Notes: generated from the letters alone by a model not told the origin. A stretch of 64,000 nt of DNA from Candidatus Poribacteria bacterium (GCA_965198235.1 OZ240248.1:3424001-3488000), one strand, 5' to 3'; numbered from the stretch's first letter, positions 39,193-49,518 are shown. Numbers and translations are program-made.

Positions 39193-39310
39193 TAGGACTT
39201 ACACACTTTGTTGGTTGGTGGGGTTGTAACCGCACCGATCCCGTAGGGGTAAGCGTCTGGGTTCTCCATAACAAGATATGGGTCACGGCTCAATTTTTGC
39301 GTAAGTTCTG
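39193..39310. mobile_element. Non-autonomous MITE with IS701-like ends, TSD TTAAA
   Basis: TAGGACTTACACA..TGCGTAAGTTCTG flanked by TTAAA on both sides; internal REP hairpin GGTGGGGTTGTAACCGCACC. Confidence 0.8.
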
Positions 39311-39318
39311 TTAAAAAT

Positions 39319-39345
39319 AAAAGCACCCAACGAATGGGTGCTTTT
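39319..39345 (-). terminator. Intrinsic terminator
   Basis: AAAAGCACCCA-ACGAA-TGGGTGCTTTT just past the stop of 39361..40071. Confidence 0.85.
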
Positions 39346-39360
39346 AAGTGTTTGTTCTCC

Positions 39361-40071
39361 TTAGAATCCTGCTTTCAGCGAACCCCAAGTCGTAGTAAGT
39401 TTGTTTTGTGCTTCAACAGCAGTCTGTGGATCGGTTTCATTCGGATTGAATTCCACATCTGTTGTCGCGAAAATTTTATCAATGTATGTACCATCTTCGC
39501 GATGGGCGATATGCAATGTGTGATCTCCGTCAGACAGTTCTACCGGAACCGGATCGTCACCGTGCTGGACGAGTTCAGTCCCCTCAAAGGGACCGTCGCG
39601 CGTGTTCAATCGGAACCAGACCCATTCGGTTGTAAAATTAACCCGGAGTGACTCTGCTTCAAAGAAGTCCCAGATGTTCATGGGGCCGTCATTGGTAGAG
39701 GTGACGTCACCATCAGCGGCATCGAATACCCAATAACAGGAATTATCGCCGACTGATGGAGCGATTACACGTCCCCAGAAATGCCAATTGTCTGCATCGA
39801 CTGAGAATTCGTATTTCACCCAGTCACCGCCATCGTTTGTAGCACCGTTAGCTGAACCGATGAAAGCACCGCCGGACGCTTCAGTGATGGTGTAATCGTC
39901 TACGCTTTCGGCTGCGTTTCCTGGTTGATCGGACGGGGCTTCGAAGACTTCAAATTTGGTGCCGTTTGAATCGTTGAAGCTCTCTGCTTCCCAACTAATA
40001 TATTTCTGTGCGAATGCGGGTGAAACAATGAGACTTAGCATCGCCAATAAAATGATAGTTCGCATTAACAA
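39361..40071 (-). CDS. Secreted acidic protein (CBM-like jelly roll, EAE motif) with C-terminal AVEAQNKLTTTWGSLK motif
   Basis: AAGGAGG RBS; signal peptide ending AFA; WEAES, HTLHIAHREDGTYIDKI. Confidence 0.7.
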   Translation of the reverse strand: MLMRTIILLAMLSLIVSPAFAQKYISWEAESFNDSNGTKFEVFEAPSDQPGNAAESVDDYTITEASGGAFIGSANGATNDGGDWVKYEFSVDADNWHFWGRVIAPSVGDNSCYWVFDAADGDVTSTNDGPMNIWDFFEAESLRVNFTTEWVWFRLNTRDGPFEGTELVQHGDDPVPVELSDGDHTLHIAHREDGTYIDKIFATTDVEFNPNETDPQTAVEAQNKLTTTWGSLKAGF

Positions 40072-40154
40072 ACCTCCTTAGAAAAGTGGATTGAAGTTAT
40101 TATAGCACATTAGAAAAAAACATGCTACTTTTTTGAGCATTTTTTTTGAGCATT

Positions 40155-40440
40155 TATGGTGAATTATCAAAACATATAGACAACTCAGTGAATTAGGGGA
40201 CGAGTACACTCTCCCTTGGTAGACGGGTTTCTCAACGTCCCTCCCCGTATTGGGCGGGAACCGCGGTTCGCGCTATACCGTAAATTGTAAAATCAACTAT
40301 AGTTTTGCCTTCTTTAGTCCCATTGGGACGATATGTTTATAGAACACGTTTTTCCATGCCTAAGCCCCGTAGGGGCGGCATGTGTGTAGAAACAGAGGCT
40401 ATCCTTTTCTTGAAGCCCCAGCGAGGCGACATCTGTAGAG
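40155..40440. repeat. MITE-like element (40155-40301) plus three REP-like units (AGCCCC.TAGGGGCG..AT.T.TAG)
   Basis: TATGGTGAATT/AATCAACTATA ends; three degenerate units 40313-40440. Confidence 0.55.
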
Positions 40441-40462
40441 TCATAGTATGCCAAGGTCATCT

Positions 40463-40705
40463 CTACATCAAGGCATCTTCGACTTCTTCAGGGAGTTCGA
40501 CTGTACTTGGGTCAACATCAATGGGATACTCAGTGCCGTACGCTTCAACAAGGTTATCAAAAGTGACGTTATCTACACGCTCAAGATCGTCACCCGGATG
40601 AACAAGCCATACACCATAACAGCCGTCACAACTGACGAGATCTACATCGTTTTTTTCAATTGGAAACTGCGTCAAGGGATTATTACAATCAGGGCAAGGT
40701 AGCAT
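40463..40705 (-). CDS. Small zinc-ribbon protein (zf-TFIIB-like) with acidic tail
   Basis: CPDC-x18-CDGCYGVW; GAGGAGG RBS. Confidence 0.75.
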   Translation of the reverse strand: MLPCPDCNNPLTQFPIEKNDVDLVSCDGCYGVWLVHPGDDLERVDNVTFDNLVEAYGTEYPIDVDPSTVELPEEVEDALM

Positions 40706-40754
40706 ATACGTTCCTCCTCGGAATAGTCTCGATCACACGATCGAGTGCTAAGGG

Positions 40755-41942
40755 TTAATCAGCAGCGGGGGCAAAGGTGTCAGGATTTTCCGCCGCGGCA
40801 TCATAATCGTCAATCAATTGAGTAATGACGGGGTTATCCCCGCAAAGTGGGCAGTTTTCATCTCGGTTGATTTTCAGTTCACGACAGGTCATGCTGAGTG
40901 CTTCGTAGAGGATGAGCCGCCCGATGAGGGGTTCGCCGATACCGATAATGTATTTAATCGCTTCGGTTGCCATCATGACACCAATTACGCCTGGGAGCAC
41001 GCCCAGGACACCTGCCTCACTTCAGCTGGGCACCATGCCCGGAGGGGGTGGTGTTGGGTACATGCATCGGTAGCACGGTCCCTCGTGTGGTTTAAAGAGC
41101 GATACCTGTCCCTCAAATTGGAAAATACTGCCGTGAACTATCGGCTTGTTCATCAACACCGCGGCATCGTTGACGAGAAAACGGGTCGCGAAGTTATCGC
41201 ATCCGTCGACAATCAGGTCGTATTCCGAAAAGATTTCTTCAACGTTATCCGCTGTCAAGCGGAGGTTATACGGTGTGATGTCGATATCTGGGTTCAAGGA
41301 CTTGATTGTCGTTGTCGCTGATTGAACCTTCGGTGTGCCGACCGATTCTGTACGGTGAAGGATCTGACGTTGGAGGTTGCTGAGCTCGACAACATCGGAA
41401 TCGATGATACCGAGGTGTCCAACACCGGCAGCACCGAGGTATACACCCGCGGGTGAACCTAAACCGCCCGCGCCGACGAGCAGCACCTTCGCATCAAGGA
41501 GTTTCGCTTGTCCCTGTTCTCCAACCTCAGTGAGCATAAAGTGGCGACTGTAACGATCCAGTTGCTCATGGGTCATTGGTTTATCTTGTGCAGTCGAGTA
41601 ACCCGCCGCCGTCCAATCGCGATATCCACCCGCAACAGAGACGGTATCGGTGTAACCCATTTCGCGTAGTGATTTCGCAGCGAGGAGGGAACGGAGTCCT
41701 GCTGCACAGTAAATGACGACCTTTTGGTTTCGGTCCGGGATGTAGTTCTCAACCGAAAATTCCAGCATTCCCCGTGTGACGTGCACCGCGTTGGGGATAT
41801 AGCCAGCGCGATATTCATCTTCGTCACGCACATCGAGTAGCACGAAATCGCTTTCTTTGTCCTGTTCGCTTTTTACCTCAGCGACGGTTACCTCCGGGAT
41901 TTCTGTTTTAGCTTCCTCAACGATTTGCCTATAGGATTTCAT
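40755..41942 (-). CDS. moeB: Rhodanese-MoeB/ThiF (MoeZ-like) adenylyltransferase, probable selenoprotein (TGA 41024-41022), 395 aa
   Basis: CAAGLRS rhodanese site; RYSRH, GAGGLG, SNLQRQ, CYRC, PPPPGMVPS-TGA-SEAGVLGVLPG, CPLCG; both ORF-track pieces are in one frame. Confidence 0.88.
40990..41007 (-). promoter_or_regulatory. Candidate bacterial SECIS hairpin
   Basis: CCTGGG-CGTGCT-CCCAGG starting 15 nt after the UGA, with G in the apical loop. Confidence 0.6.
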
Positions 41943-42026
41943 GAGATTTTTCTCCTGCGGAAAAGGAATATGAATATCCGAGTTTCATATTCTTGTTCCT
42001 TATGTTTTGTCTTTTGCACTTGCAAA

Positions 42027-42055
42027 ATTATATCACAACCACGTGATATTGTCAA
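42027..42055 (-). promoter_or_regulatory. Consensus sigma70 promoter of moeB with overlapping palindrome
   Basis: TTGACA-17-TATAAT exact match; ATATCAC-N6-GTGATAT at 42030-42049. Confidence 0.75.
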
Positions 42056-42391
42056 TCTTTTATTTTTTTAGGGCAGAAGGAGGGTAAGGATAGAAAAATG
42101 GCGGTTTCCTGATAGGAGTATCAGCAAGGATAGGCAGGGATCAACAATCAGAGGTCGGTCAAGTCGCGAGTCTGGGGTGCGATTCAGACCTGAGGCACAG
42201 AAAATGGAGAGAATTTCAGAGTATTCAGAGTAAAACGTAAAAAATGGAAAACTAAATAGCCCTGGCCAACAAACAATATTCCCTTGACTTTTTACTTGAA
42301 TATAGGGTAAACTTAAAACAAGTTATATCTGCGGGAAAACCCCATCCCCGAACCACTGTTATCCCAAATAAAATGAAGGTTACTGCCTCCT

Positions 42392-44317
42392 ATGCCGAAA
42401 CAGAATTTCAACGAAAAATTGACCGTACTCCTCAAAACTCATCCCGACTTCCTTGACGATGCAGGCGAACTCATCCTCGCCGCCGTCAGAGACCACGCAT
42501 GGCAACTCAACCACGACCTCATCAAACTATTGCTCACTGACGACGAAATAAAGACAACCTTCTTTGACGAAATTGACGGGCATTGGGTTTTCAACCATAA
42601 CACCTTCATCAATTACATCACCGACAAAAACTTCCTCGCCAACTCCTACACCCAATTCCGCAACAAGATCGGCTTGAACATCGGCGGCAAATTCCTACGC
42701 GAACGCGGCGAGGTGTCCCTCGTTTGGCCCTATAAAGATTGCGTCTTGGAGGGCGGGCAGACGAAAGAAGAGGAAAAGCGTAAAGAGATTTTCTTTAACG
42801 AAACCCTTGCCCAAGACGAAATCAATCGGATGTTCGATCCGAAGGTCCTCACCAACTATAAGCGCCACACTGCTGAAGGTGAACAAGCGGTAACAGAGAT
42901 CCAACGGGACGAGAACGGTATCATTCGCGAAAACCTCATCATCAAAGGCAACAACCTCATCGCGCTCCACACCCTCAAACAGCAATTCCGTGGACAGGTC
43001 AAACTGATTTACATCGACCCGCCGTATAATACCGGAAGTGATAGTTTCAGTTACAACGATAGTTTTAACCATTCCAGTTGGCTGACTTTTATGAGAAATC
43101 GGTTGGAAGTAGCAAGGGAGCTTTTGAAGGATGATGGCGTTATCCTGGTTCACATTGATGATCAGGAAATGCACTATTTGAAACTTGTAGCTGATGATAT
43201 ATTCGGCAGAGATAACTTCATCGCTACTGTTCCGAGGAAAACTCGGAGCGGAAAAAGCGATGTCCCTTACAAACTATCACAGGACTTCGACTGGATGCTG
43301 ATGTACACAAAAGGCACATCGAAAAAAGATAATCTCTTCCAGCGGGACGTTTCACGAAAATATTACAAGACCTCCGATTTTCCTGACGACGAATGGAGAC
43401 TAAGCGACCTTACGACTCAACGGACAATTCACGAACGACCTAATTCCGATTTCACATTGGTAAACCCGAGAAATGGAGAAGGATTTCCGGTAAATCCCAA
43501 TCGCTGCTGGGGTATCACCAAAGATTCAGTAGATGGATATCTCAGAAAGGGAAAAATAGTCTTTCCGGGTGACTATGATTTTCTCAGCATAAAGCGTCCT
43601 GCTATGCGGGTTTTTAAGTCGGAAGATATAGGAAAAATGGCTTATGTGTCTTCGGATTTTCTGAATCAGGTAATGGATGAATTACTGAAAAGTATGGTCA
43701 ACAGGAAGGGCACAGACGAAATTGTGGAGATTTTTGGGAGAAAAGCATTTGCCTATCCAAAGAATGAACTATTGATGCAACGCATTATTGAATACATAAC
43801 AAAAGCAGGAGATATCGTTTTAGATTTCCATTTGGGCTCAGGCACAACCGCCGCCGTTGCTCACAAAATAGGCAGGCAATATATCGGCATCGAGCAAATG
43901 GATTACGCCGAAACTCTCCCCGTTGAACGCTTAAAAAAAGTGATTGCTGGTGAACAAGGTGGCATCTCCGAATCCGTCAATTGGCAGGGCGGTGGTGATT
44001 TTATCTTTTGCGAACTGATGCTATACAATCAAGCCTACATAGACAAAATTCAATCTGCACACTCCTCCGAAGTGCTTGTAGCACTCTGGCGAGACATCGC
44101 CGAAAACGCGTTCTTGAACTGGTACGTCAACCCCGAAGTCCCAGAAGAAGCAATAAACGATTTCATCGCCATCGGTGATCTTGAGAAACAGAAGCATTTG
44201 CTGGTAGAATTGTTGGATAAAAACCAACTCTACGTCAACCTCTCCGAAATAGAGGACGCGGATTTTGAGGTGAGTGCGGAAGATAAAGTGTTGAACAAGA
44301 CTTTTTATGGAAAATAA
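42392..44317 (+). CDS. Type III RM-like adenine DNA methyltransferase (Mod)
   Basis: NLIIKGNNL, IYIDPPYNTG, YPKNE, LDFHLGSGTT, GEQGGIS..WQGGG. Confidence 0.9.
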   Translation: MPKQNFNEKLTVLLKTHPDFLDDAGELILAAVRDHAWQLNHDLIKLLLTDDEIKTTFFDEIDGHWVFNHNTFINYITDKNFLANSYTQFRNKIGLNIGGKFLRERGEVSLVWPYKDCVLEGGQTKEEEKRKEIFFNETLAQDEINRMFDPKVLTNYKRHTAEGEQAVTEIQRDENGIIRENLIIKGNNLIALHTLKQQFRGQVKLIYIDPPYNTGSDSFSYNDSFNHSSWLTFMRNRLEVARELLKDDGVILVHIDDQEMHYLKLVADDIFGRDNFIATVPRKTRSGKSDVPYKLSQDFDWMLMYTKGTSKKDNLFQRDVSRKYYKTSDFPDDEWRLSDLTTQRTIHERPNSDFTLVNPRNGEGFPVNPNRCWGITKDSVDGYLRKGKIVFPGDYDFLSIKRPAMRVFKSEDIGKMAYVSSDFLNQVMDELLKSMVNRKGTDEIVEIFGRKAFAYPKNELLMQRIIEYITKAGDIVLDFHLGSGTTAAVAHKIGRQYIGIEQMDYAETLPVERLKKVIAGEQGGISESVNWQGGGDFIFCELMLYNQAYIDKIQSAHSSEVLVALWRDIAENAFLNWYVNPEVPEEAINDFIAIGDLEKQKHLLVELLDKNQLYVNLSEIEDADFEVSAEDKVLNKTFYGK

Positions 44318-44628
44318 AAAAGCCAGGAATATAGGATTGTGCTGGGCCGTAGCCTTCCAATAATAAGGAGAAAGAATGACTGAGGAAAGAAAAGAGGAAC
44401 TAAGGCAGTTGCTACAGAAAGCAACTGCACCGGAGAATTTGGAAATTGGAGACAGGTTTTCATTTCTGCCTATAAACGTTTATAGAACGTACTTACAGCA
44501 GTACCGGACATCTTATTGGGTACATTTTAATCCCCATATTGTAAATGAAGGAATAAAATTAAAACTGATTAATTTCATCAGAGAAGAGTTCGCTCCATTT
44601 ATCCGTGAAGACCTGATTTTACCTGCTA

Positions 44629-45869
44629 GTAGTCGTTCAATGTTGAGTTTGTAGTAAAGTTTGTTGACTTTTTGGGATGTTCTGTGATATATTCTTGATA
44701 TAATTTGAATCTCATCTCAAAGAGGCCTCCGATGAAAAAACATAAAGTTGAACTGACCTGTGAAGAACGTCAGACGCTACAAACGTTAGTTCGCAAGGGA
44801 CAACACAGTGCACTGAAGCTCATGCGTGCCCACATTTTGCTGAAGGCAGATAGCAATGGCCCCGGCTGGACGGATGCCCAAATCGCCGAGGCGTTCGGGT
44901 GCCATGAGCAAACCGCCTACAATGTTCGCAAACGTTTTGCGAGGCGCGGGTGTCTCTCTGCCTTGGACCGCAAACCCCAAAGTCGACCGTCTCACGTGCG
45001 GAAACTTGATGGTCAAGGCGAGGCGCGTTTGATAGCCTTGGCTTGTAGCAATCCGCCCGAGGGGTTCTCTCAGTGGACGCTGCAACTGCTCGCTGATGAA
45101 CTCGTTGAACTTCAGATTGTTGAAAGTATCTCTATTGAAACTGTTCGACAGACCCTAAAAAAAACGCCTTACGTCCGCATCGGTGGTCCTACTGGGTGAT
45201 CCCACCCGATGAAGATGCAGACTTCGTTGCGGCGATGGAGGCGGTCTTAGAGGTTTACCAGCGCCCTGAAGACGCGCGGTTTCCCGTTGTCGCTATGGAC
45301 GAACGTCCCGTGCAGTTGCTCGAAGACATCCGGTCTCCTGTGCCTGTCAAACCCGGGCGCATCGCACGTATCGATTACGAGTATAAGCGCATTGACGTGG
45401 TTTCTGCTTTCTTGTTTACCAACGCGCTTCAAGGGTGGCGGCGGGTCTCAGTGCGTCAACGCCGCACTGCCATAGATTGGGCAGAGGAAGTCAAGCACCT
45501 TTTAGAGGAAGTCTATCCCGATGCCGAGCGAGTGACATTGGTTTGCGATAATCTCAATACACATAAACTTACCTCTCTCTATAAAGCGTTTGCTGCCGAG
45601 GCGGCACTTGGGTTGTCTTCACGGTTAGAGTTGGTGCATACCCCGAAGCATGGGAGTTGGTTGAACATCGCTGAGATAGAACTCAGTGTCTTCTCAAGAC
45701 AATGTTTGAATCGGCGGATCCCTGACTTAGAGACGCTTCGATCAGAGGCAGAGGCGTGGCAAGAGTATCGCAATAAGACTGCGAACCGGGTCGATTGGCG
45801 GTTTACTACACAAGACGCACGCATCAAACTCAAAAGACTATACCCTAAAACTCAACCTTGATGCACTAC
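44629..45869 (+). mobile_element. IS630-family insertion sequence
   Basis: IRs GTAGTCGTTCAATGTTGAGTTT / AAACTCAACCTTGATGCACTAC; TA duplication within CTAG. Confidence 0.93.
44732..45861 (+). CDS. IS630 transposase, -1 frameshift at A8 run 45157-45164
   Basis: HTH ORF A then DDE ORF B (MDE, DNLNTH, TPKHGSWLNIAEIE); -1 frame reads KNALRPHRWSYWVIPP. Confidence 0.9.
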
Positions 45870-45882
45870 TAGTTATTTTCTA

Positions 45883-46973
45883 TAGGACTTACGCAATAGT
45901 TTAGAAAAGTGTTATACTTAGAGATTATGAAAACCTTATCCCTCTCAGAAAAGAAGCAGCCGTTATTTTCGGATTACTGTCAGTTTCTGTTAGCAAGTTT
46001 CGACAACTTCACACAGACGTATTTTGCGGATCACACCGAGAAGTGGAGTCATGACCCACTCAATCGTCTGCTGCGTGAAGAACGTATCTCTGCTGGCGAC
46101 TTGTGGCGATCGGTGAAAAACGATATAGAGTTTCATCCAGACGGCTACCTCCTCTTTGACGATACCGTTGTGTCAAAACCCTACGGAAACCAAGCGATTC
46201 AACCGGTTCGCAGACAATGGAGCGGTTCTGAGAAGCGCGTCGTTGAAGGTATCGGTATTGTCACATGCGTCTATGTCCATCCAAAGACGCATGCCTATTG
46301 GATCATTGATTATCGTATTTATGACGTTGACCGAGATGCTAAAACCAAGTTGGAGCATCTTCTGGATATGTTGCGGAATGCTCATTTCGTCAAACGTCTA
46401 CCTTTTCGGACGGTGTTGATAGATGCCTGGTATGCTTCAATGAACGTCATGAAAGCGATTGAAGCACTTTCTAAAGTCTACTATGCGCCCCTGAAACGTA
46501 ATCGTCTTGTCAGCACTTCGGTAGAAACGCCTTACCCACGCATTGAGGCACTGACATGGACACCTGCTGAAGCGTCTGAAGGCACACTCGTGCATATCAA
46601 TAAGTTTCCCAAAGGTCATCAAGTGAAGGTGTTTCGGCTCGTGTCCGACTCCGGGCGCACGGAATATATTGCCACCAACGATTTATCTCAATCCGATACC
46701 GAGGCGACGCAACAGAAATGTCGTCTCCGCTGGAAGATTGAGCAACTTCACCGGGAACTGAAACAGACGACAGGGATTGGCGAGTGTCAGTGTCGTCAGC
46801 ATCGTGCCCAACGCAATCACATCGCCTGTTGTCTATGGGTCTGGGTCTCTCTGACGCGTGCTGCTCGGGCAGCCGGTCAAACCATTTATCAACTCAAGGA
46901 AAGTTTACGCCATGACTACATGCGACAACAACTTCAAAAACCTACTATTTCTGTCAATATTGCGTAAGTCCTA
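45883..46973 (+). mobile_element. IS701-family insertion sequence
   Basis: Perfect IRs TAGGACTTACGCAATA / TATTGCGTAAGTCCTA; 5-bp TSD TTCTA. Confidence 0.92.
45927..46967 (+). CDS. IS701-family DDE transposase
   Basis: FDDTVVSKPY, IDAWY, RWKIEQLHRELKQ, QRNH. Confidence 0.9.
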   Translation: MKTLSLSEKKQPLFSDYCQFLLASFDNFTQTYFADHTEKWSHDPLNRLLREERISAGDLWRSVKNDIEFHPDGYLLFDDTVVSKPYGNQAIQPVRRQWSGSEKRVVEGIGIVTCVYVHPKTHAYWIIDYRIYDVDRDAKTKLEHLLDMLRNAHFVKRLPFRTVLIDAWYASMNVMKAIEALSKVYYAPLKRNRLVSTSVETPYPRIEALTWTPAEASEGTLVHINKFPKGHQVKVFRLVSDSGRTEYIATNDLSQSDTEATQQKCRLRWKIEQLHRELKQTTGIGECQCRQHRAQRNHIACCLWVWVSLTRAARAAGQTIYQLKESLRHDYMRQQLQKPTISVNIA

Positions 46974-48138
46974 TTCTATTTGGAGGACCTAGCGAGGGAT
47001 TCTCTCTGGATGACCTACTCACACAACTTCTAAAAATTACCATTGCTCACGGTGTAGAAAGAGTAGTATCAGATTTTGATCGATGCACCACAGATAAGTT
47101 CGGTTCGGTTCAATATATTGCATTACTTGAGGGAATAAGACTAAAAACAGAGATCCAAGTTTTTGATGGAATACGGCTTGTTCCCCTTTCAAATTCAACC
47201 TTAGAACTCCCGCGTTATTTGTCTAATATTAGCATCAGTGGCACATCAGTAGATTTCTTCTTAGAAAAAACATTGCTCATCATTGATTGTTCTGTGTCCC
47301 CCATATTTCACAAACCTTTCGGATCAATAACATTTCAAGAATATGACGAGCGCGAAAAACGGGCATTTCAGATTGAGATGAGTAGCAAAGATTTTCCATA
47401 CCTTAAGGTGGATGATTTTCCTGTAATTCTTCTTTGCCAAGCATTGGCTTTAGCTTGCAATTCGGCAGTTGAAATTTCTCTCGTTACCAGATTTTTGGCG
47501 GAAGATAAACTCTATAATCTTAACTTCGGAATAGGTGGTGGAGTCTCTATGTATCGCGGTCCCTTTGGAACCTTCGCTGAGGCAGGGCAGCCTGAAATAG
47601 ATAAAGCCAAATTCCTGTACAACATCTTGGTCAACCCATCTTCAAACCTTAAGGAAAGACTGCGGATAACGATTGATAGATGGATAAAGTCAAAAGTAAA
47701 TAAGGATCCCGTTGATAGAATCATTGATCTAGGGATAGCCCTTGAATCCCTATACTTATCGGGGACAGAGTCCAAAAATGAAATACGTTTTAGGTTTAGT
47801 CTTCATGCTGCTTGGCACTTGGGAGAAAATAAAGAACATAGGGAAGGGCTAATGAAGAAGTTCAAGGCAATATATGATTGGCGTTCCGCGGTTGTTCACA
47901 CAGGGAAACTGCCCGAGAAAGGAAGGGGAAAAAAGAAAAAATCGTATACTCAAGAAGAGGTTAGAGAGTTTATCCGCAACGCTCAAGACTTATGTCGGGA
48001 CTCAATAATGAAGATTTTGGAAGAAGGGAAATTCCCCGATTGGAACAATTTAATACTCGGTTAAGTTGATATTTAACGCCGAACACTATATAATAAATTG
48101 TCGTGTAACACCAAATTAATTTTCCATGTTCATAGGCG

Positions 48139-49188
48139 ATGCAAAAAGAAACAGAATTACTCACTTTTTTCGATTTTCCAATTGAACAATTTCCAGACCG
48201 GAGCACGCGATGGCTGTTAGAAGACAAGGAAAACGTCCGGGGGTTGTTAGAAATTGTTGCCGAGCATCTGGTTGCGCATCTTGATTTTCGTCGACTCGCG
48301 CATATCAATAGGAGTTTTATCCCTGACAACCTTCGCGAGCAAGAATCCGACATCGTGTATAGGGTGCCGTTCCGTAGTGAATCGAAAACCGATGAACTCT
48401 TAATTTATATACTCATTGAGCATCAGTCGACGATCGACGTAACGATGGGATTTCGACTGCTGTTCTATATGACCCAGATTTGGGATTTCCAACGCCGCGA
48501 GTGGGAATCAAGCAACATTCCTAAAAGCCAGTGGCGTTTCCGTCCCATTATCCCGATTGTGTTTTATACCGGAGAGCAAAGATGGCAAACACCGCTAACG
48601 CTCAGGACTGTGATGGATTTGCCCGATGCGCTTTCCGAGTTCGTTCCGAAATTTGAGACCCTATTTTTCAGCGTAAAGGACACCGATGCAGCAAATCTAA
48701 CGAGAACCGACCATCCATTCGGATGGTTGCTGACCGTCCTACAAAAGGAGCATGCAAACAAAGAAGAGATGCGCACCGCGTTGAGGCAAGCGGTAGCACA
48801 TATTGACACCCTTGATGAAGAGAAAACGCAGCAGTGGCGACGGGCGGTTTTCTATCTGTATCTACTAATCCTCCATCGTCGTCCAACTGAAGAACACGAC
48901 GAATTGAAAACGCTGGTTCAACAGCAAATCCAAGAAACTTCTCGTAGAGAGGAGGGAGAAACAATGGCACAGACAATGGCTGAATACTTGATTGAACAGG
49001 GTGAGAAACGCGGTGAAACACAAGCGAAACGTGAAGCAGTCCTCAAACTGCTGCGATTTCGATTCAATATCGTTCCCGAATCCGTTACTCGCAAGATTTC
49101 CGTAATGCGGAGCCTTTCGCGCCTTGATGCACTCTTTGAGGCAGCCTTGATTGCCCAAACACTCGATGACATTGATTGGGAAGACTAA
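48139..49188 (+). CDS. Rpn/YhgA-like recombination-promoting nuclease (PD-(D/E)xK)
   Basis: ESDIVY, YILIEHQS, FRLLFYM, PIIPIVFYTG, EQGEKRG. Confidence 0.9.
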   Translation: MQKETELLTFFDFPIEQFPDRSTRWLLEDKENVRGLLEIVAEHLVAHLDFRRLAHINRSFIPDNLREQESDIVYRVPFRSESKTDELLIYILIEHQSTIDVTMGFRLLFYMTQIWDFQRREWESSNIPKSQWRFRPIIPIVFYTGEQRWQTPLTLRTVMDLPDALSEFVPKFETLFFSVKDTDAANLTRTDHPFGWLLTVLQKEHANKEEMRTALRQAVAHIDTLDEEKTQQWRRAVFYLYLLILHRRPTEEHDELKTLVQQQIQETSRREEGETMAQTMAEYLIEQGEKRGETQAKREAVLKLLRFRFNIVPESVTRKISVMRSLSRLDALFEAALIAQTLDDIDWED

Positions 49189-49518
49189 GGTTGATGATAC
49201 TTGAGCAATTCCTTCATGAACAACTCGAAATCGCATTCAACTTTGGGATTCCCAATAGCAAATATCGCGTTATTGGTGTTCCTTCATTCTATCACGAGAG
49301 ATACGAGAATCAATTCAAAGACGACCTTAATACGGCGTTGGCAGAAACCGCCCAATCCTTATAAATCCCTTCCTACTAATCATTGATAATTGACAACGAA
49401 AAAATTGACAAACGGACAATAGACATGCTAAAATAGATGTGGATGTCTGAAGTCCGTCCTATAGATTAACGCATCATTCCTAAAGACTGGAACACATCGT
49501 CACGGGATAAGGTTTCTA

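Larger units (their letters stand above)
44376..48064 (+). pseudogene. HEPN (ApeA-like) domain gene interrupted by IS630 and IS701
   Basis: 44376-44628 + 45872-45882 + 46979-48064 joins into an open 449-aa frame; IALESL and IYDWRSAVVHTG (Rx4H). Confidence 0.85.

Noticed and set aside
40755-41942. moeB as a nonsense pseudogene or two separate genes
   Set aside because: The single TGA falls exactly on the conserved Cys column with a SECIS-like hairpin and an intact downstream domain; read-through is the simpler explanation, though unproven
44732-45861. IS630 transposase as a frameshifted pseudogene
   Set aside because: A -1 shift at an A-run after LKK is the usual two-ORF organisation in this family
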